The position numbers were made by a program, and so were the translations under genes. Below are positions 60,549 to 64,000 of a DNA stretch of 64,000 bases, in pieces (the stretch's first letter is position 1; the number at the start of each line of letters is the position of its first letter). The stretch comes from Atractiella rhizophila (Eukaryota), in NCBI GenBank assembly GCA_021432655.1, contig MU271388.1:1-64000 (forward strand), given 5' to 3'. The notes under the pieces were generated by a model. That model was not told the DNA's origin. It saw only the letters and a list, made by a program, of their open reading frames with translations, and made no database searches.

Positions 60549-63221
60549 ATGGGAAATTTCGATGGATCTCACAATGACACTCCCGAACCAATCAGCTGCG
60601 AAATCGTTCTCCACAACAAGACGCCTTTCGTGCTTAAATGGGTTAGTGCTGGTGAAGAGGGACCGCAAGGGTCTCAACAGATGGTCCGGGAACGATCAAC
60701 ATCCCGTTTCGAAGGGAGAGATGAGAGCTGGCGGCAACGAGTCGCGGATTCGTACATTGACTCGTGAGTCTGACCTCCTCTTTCATTCTCACCATCAGCG
60801 CAGACATTTATTCTGCTTTCTCAGATAATCGCCTCGGGTTGCGAAACTGGATTTTCTACAAACTTGAAGGAGGTCCATCGGGTTCGGTCAAGTTTGAATT
60901 CAGGATCAATCTTTGGCGTAAGAATGGCGAACCGACTGCGAATGCAACAACAAGTATCGTTCCGAAGTTCAATGAGGACAACAGCAACTTCCGATTCAGG
61001 ATTGACGACGAACAGTTGTCTGATGGAAATCGTCATGTATATCGTACGTTTGCACTCCTCTTACGGACGTATTCATCGCTGATTGGTTTGGACGGAATGC
61101 TTAGGCGATGTCCACCTCGAAGTTCAGAACCTCCCCCCTTCGCCTTCCTTGCGATCCATCTCAGTAGCCGCTTTCTGTCCCGTTTTTGTCACCGCGAACC
61201 GCTCTCGCTCCTGCTCTTTCGATCAAGAGCGACTTGTCCTCTGGTCCAAAGGGGCGAACCAAGATGTGGTCCCTGCGGCGGTGTCGCTCTCTCATGCCAA
61301 TCTTCAACTTCAAATTGACGATGTGTGGTCCACTTCCTCTGTCACTTGGACAATCCTTGGCCAATTTCGACCAGCATCCGAGTCGAAGATGCAGTTTCCT
61401 AACTTTTCTGCAGGAGTTGGAGAGTCCATTCTCTCCTGCAGTATTCCAAAATTGTTAAACAATCTGCCGTTCGGATTCAAGGGTTTCATCGATTGGGAGA
61501 TCAAGTCTTCGGGAGACCTGCCAATTACTCGAGCGACCACAGCCATAGAAATCTACATTTTGTCTCCGCATCTTCCCAAGTTCATTCTTGATGGCGTGCC
61601 CGCTTTACTCCTCCAATTCCTTGTCCTTCCGATAGACCGATCTTTCAAGGATGAATCTCAGACTTGGGTTGATCACGTCGTCAATTTCTTTCGCCCTCAG
61701 GATGGAAAGTCCACTCAAATCTTTCAGTACGAGTCGAATGGCGGAATGAGCAACTATACGGGGTGGCCAGGTCCTTCAGGGAAGGCCGACATTGCTGATC
61801 AAGTGAGTGTTTGCGTTTTTAGAATACTCTGGTTGATCTGATAGCTGCAAAGGTATCTACTAGCTGTTACATCGAACACTTCCTCCAGCACATTAAAAAT
61901 CAAAAAGCGAATAGGTCACGATGGGTCAATTGCTACGACCTCGCCGGACTTGGCCAAACCATGCTCTCTCTCGGTATGGACGAAAGTGTAGCAAAACTCC
62001 GAATGATGTACCTCTATCCCTTCGGATATATCAACAAGACGTCCCTCATAGGTGTGGACGGATGATGCAACAGTCCTTTCCCCCCAGACGGCAAGTCATT
62101 CGAGGTAGACCAGCTTGACCCCAAAGCGCTCCTCCTTCGGCAACCACGCTTTCCTCACCCTCGACCGAAACGAGCGAAATGGACCTAAAGTCGTCGATAT
62201 CACCTGTGGTCCTCAGAAAGCCCAGCTCACGCTCCGAGGGTACATTGATGCAGCGATAGATCATGATGCTACGGCTAAGTTTCAGAAAGCATACGAAGCT
62301 GCTGGCCGAAAAGGACGTGCGCCAGCGGAGGACGGTCATTTTTGGAATCTACGAGATGGACCTGGAGTAACGCGATTGGTCTCGCCTGTCGATTTCCGCT
62401 TAGATGCAAAGGGAGGGGTTGGAGTTTTGGCCGCGATTGAGGAGGCATTGCCTGATGGAGATTTGGACGAGCTCGACATTCACTTTGATGGGGTAACCAT
62501 GAACGCGAACTGGCATTTCTATCCTGCTGGTGTGAAGGACGAAGATGCTGTCCGAATCGACCTCTTTGCCATTAATGACTCTGATAAAATCTATCTCGAG
62601 TATGTCAACCGATCGAAATCTCTAGATTTGGATGGAACGTCAGAAGAAATAGAAGCTACCTCTATCAATACTTTCGTGCGAGGAACGAAAGGGACGACTA
62701 GTGATGGACAACCATTTGCTGTTTGGTCGCATAAGAAGAGTGGCCGCCGCCTCGCCTTCCTCTTCGTACTCAAAGGGATGCCTTTGCTCGAAGAGCTGAA
62801 TAAACTCATCAACCCTATCCAACAAGCAGTTGACGATTACTATAAAGAGTCGCCGCCAGACCCCGATCTCTCCCTCAGAAATGCATCCGCTAAATCTCTC
62901 CAAATGGGCACTACTTTCTCAGTCGAGGTCATATGCCGTGTGCGTCCATTTCTCACCTAGTACATCATCGCGAGTGCTGATTCTCTTTCCTCGCACTTAT
63001 AGACGGATACAGTCGTCGGCAGCAATGTTGATACGATGCAGGGAAACGTGGTCTTCTTACATGCAGAACAAATCCATCTTCAACAAGGAACTGGCAGCAA
63101 GATGAGATATACTTTCTATGCCAGGCGAACCGGTCTCGAAAACATCATTCTCTCCTTTTACGACGCTCATCTCCAATTTCAGTCCATATCTTACTTTGTC
63201 GAAATCGTTCAACGCAAGTAA
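60549..63221 (+). pseudogene. Multi-exon transglutaminase/papain-fold-like gene (NCYD...GNHAF...D) with an in-frame TGA and a frameshift
   Basis: Exons splice in frame to WVNCYDLAG...PFGYINKTSLIGVDG*CNSPF. TGA at 62063-62065; frame change near 62120 before KRSSFGNHAF...VVDITCGP. Confidence 0.6.
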
Positions 63222-64000
63222 TTGCGCTGTTTACGAAATATGGACATTCATCTTTCCTTGCTCTTTCTGTATGTTCTCGACCATTTAACCGATCTGTAGC
63301 GTATCACGGGTGTAAAATAAATCCTTTTCTCTCAATCTGCCAGTAGGGCGGAGGCAATTTCTGCTCTGACCGCAAATTAGTCTCAAACCGAGGAGCAGGG
63401 ACAGTAATACGTTCAGCCTAGGTGGAAAAAAAGCAGGCAGAACCTTCAAATTTGGGATGGCTTGGGATGGCAGTAAATTTGACGCCTACTATATTTTGAT
63501 TGAATCAAATGTAGGTTATCGTCTTTGAGCAGATTGAAGGCAGATTCGTTCTGATCTCATTCGTGCTTTGATGGATGCGCTGTTGAGAATAAGGAGGCGT
63601 CAGAGGAGGCGTGTCACCCGCTGTGTATCTACGGCACAATGCAACTCGAGCGGCCGACTACGTAGGTAAAGTTCCAGTCCGTCAACTTGGTCGTATAAAT
63701 TTCCCGAATTGCAACACACTTCTTGTTTCGGCATATCGCGGGCATATGAATATCGTATGCCTACCACGACATACCAGCTTTCATTACAATTCGAAGTGAA
63801 TATTGTGTACGGTGTAGTGTTTGAGCAGAGCGCGAAACTTCATACTACAGCGCTCGACTGACGGAAATCTCTCAAAAGCCGAAAATCACTAAAGTATGCA
63901 CTGAGGCCGACGCCATTTATGGCGTGTTTGGTGGCAAGATCTTCTCTGGTGAACTGTGGACAACAACACGAGATCATTTGAATCTGACGAGTCGATCGTT

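Noticed and set aside
62063..62065. TGA read as selenocysteine or readthrough
   Set aside because: It is not at the predicted catalytic Cys, a frameshift follows, Dikarya are not known to use Sec, and I saw no SECIS.
1..64000. CRISPR arrays, rRNA or prokaryotic operon/defence systems
   Set aside because: The sequence is intron-rich fungal DNA, and no spaced direct repeats or rRNA motifs were seen.

Overview
Eukaryotic DNA from a fungus, most likely a basidiomycete (many ~50-65 nt GT-AG introns with GTGCGT/GTACGT/GTGAGT donors). Recognisable genes are a STE12-like C2H2 transcription factor (3' part), a UCH peptidase C12, a DUF1992 protein, MRD1, two paralogous Zn2Cys6 factors flanking a KDM3-type JmjC gene, tRNA-Lys(CTT), HIS5, the MoaE/MOCS2B subunit, glycogen phosphorylase, SEH1, a BAR-SH3 protein, a full ABCC transporter and a disrupted NCYD/NHAF transglutaminase-like gene. 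Two near-identical tandem duplications (2.7 kb and 2.2 kb) are each joined by one extra A and are probably allelic contig overlaps from assembly. The most interesting observations are: a JmjC protein lacking both Fe-binding histidines that sits between two atypical Zn-cluster paralogues; an unannotated 47-aa secreted-peptide ORF; a ~977-nt SEH1 intron with a hairpin-masked cryptic exon; and a 7-nt microexon inside a Zn cluster. All gene models were spliced by eye and family calls come from recalled motifs, not database searches.
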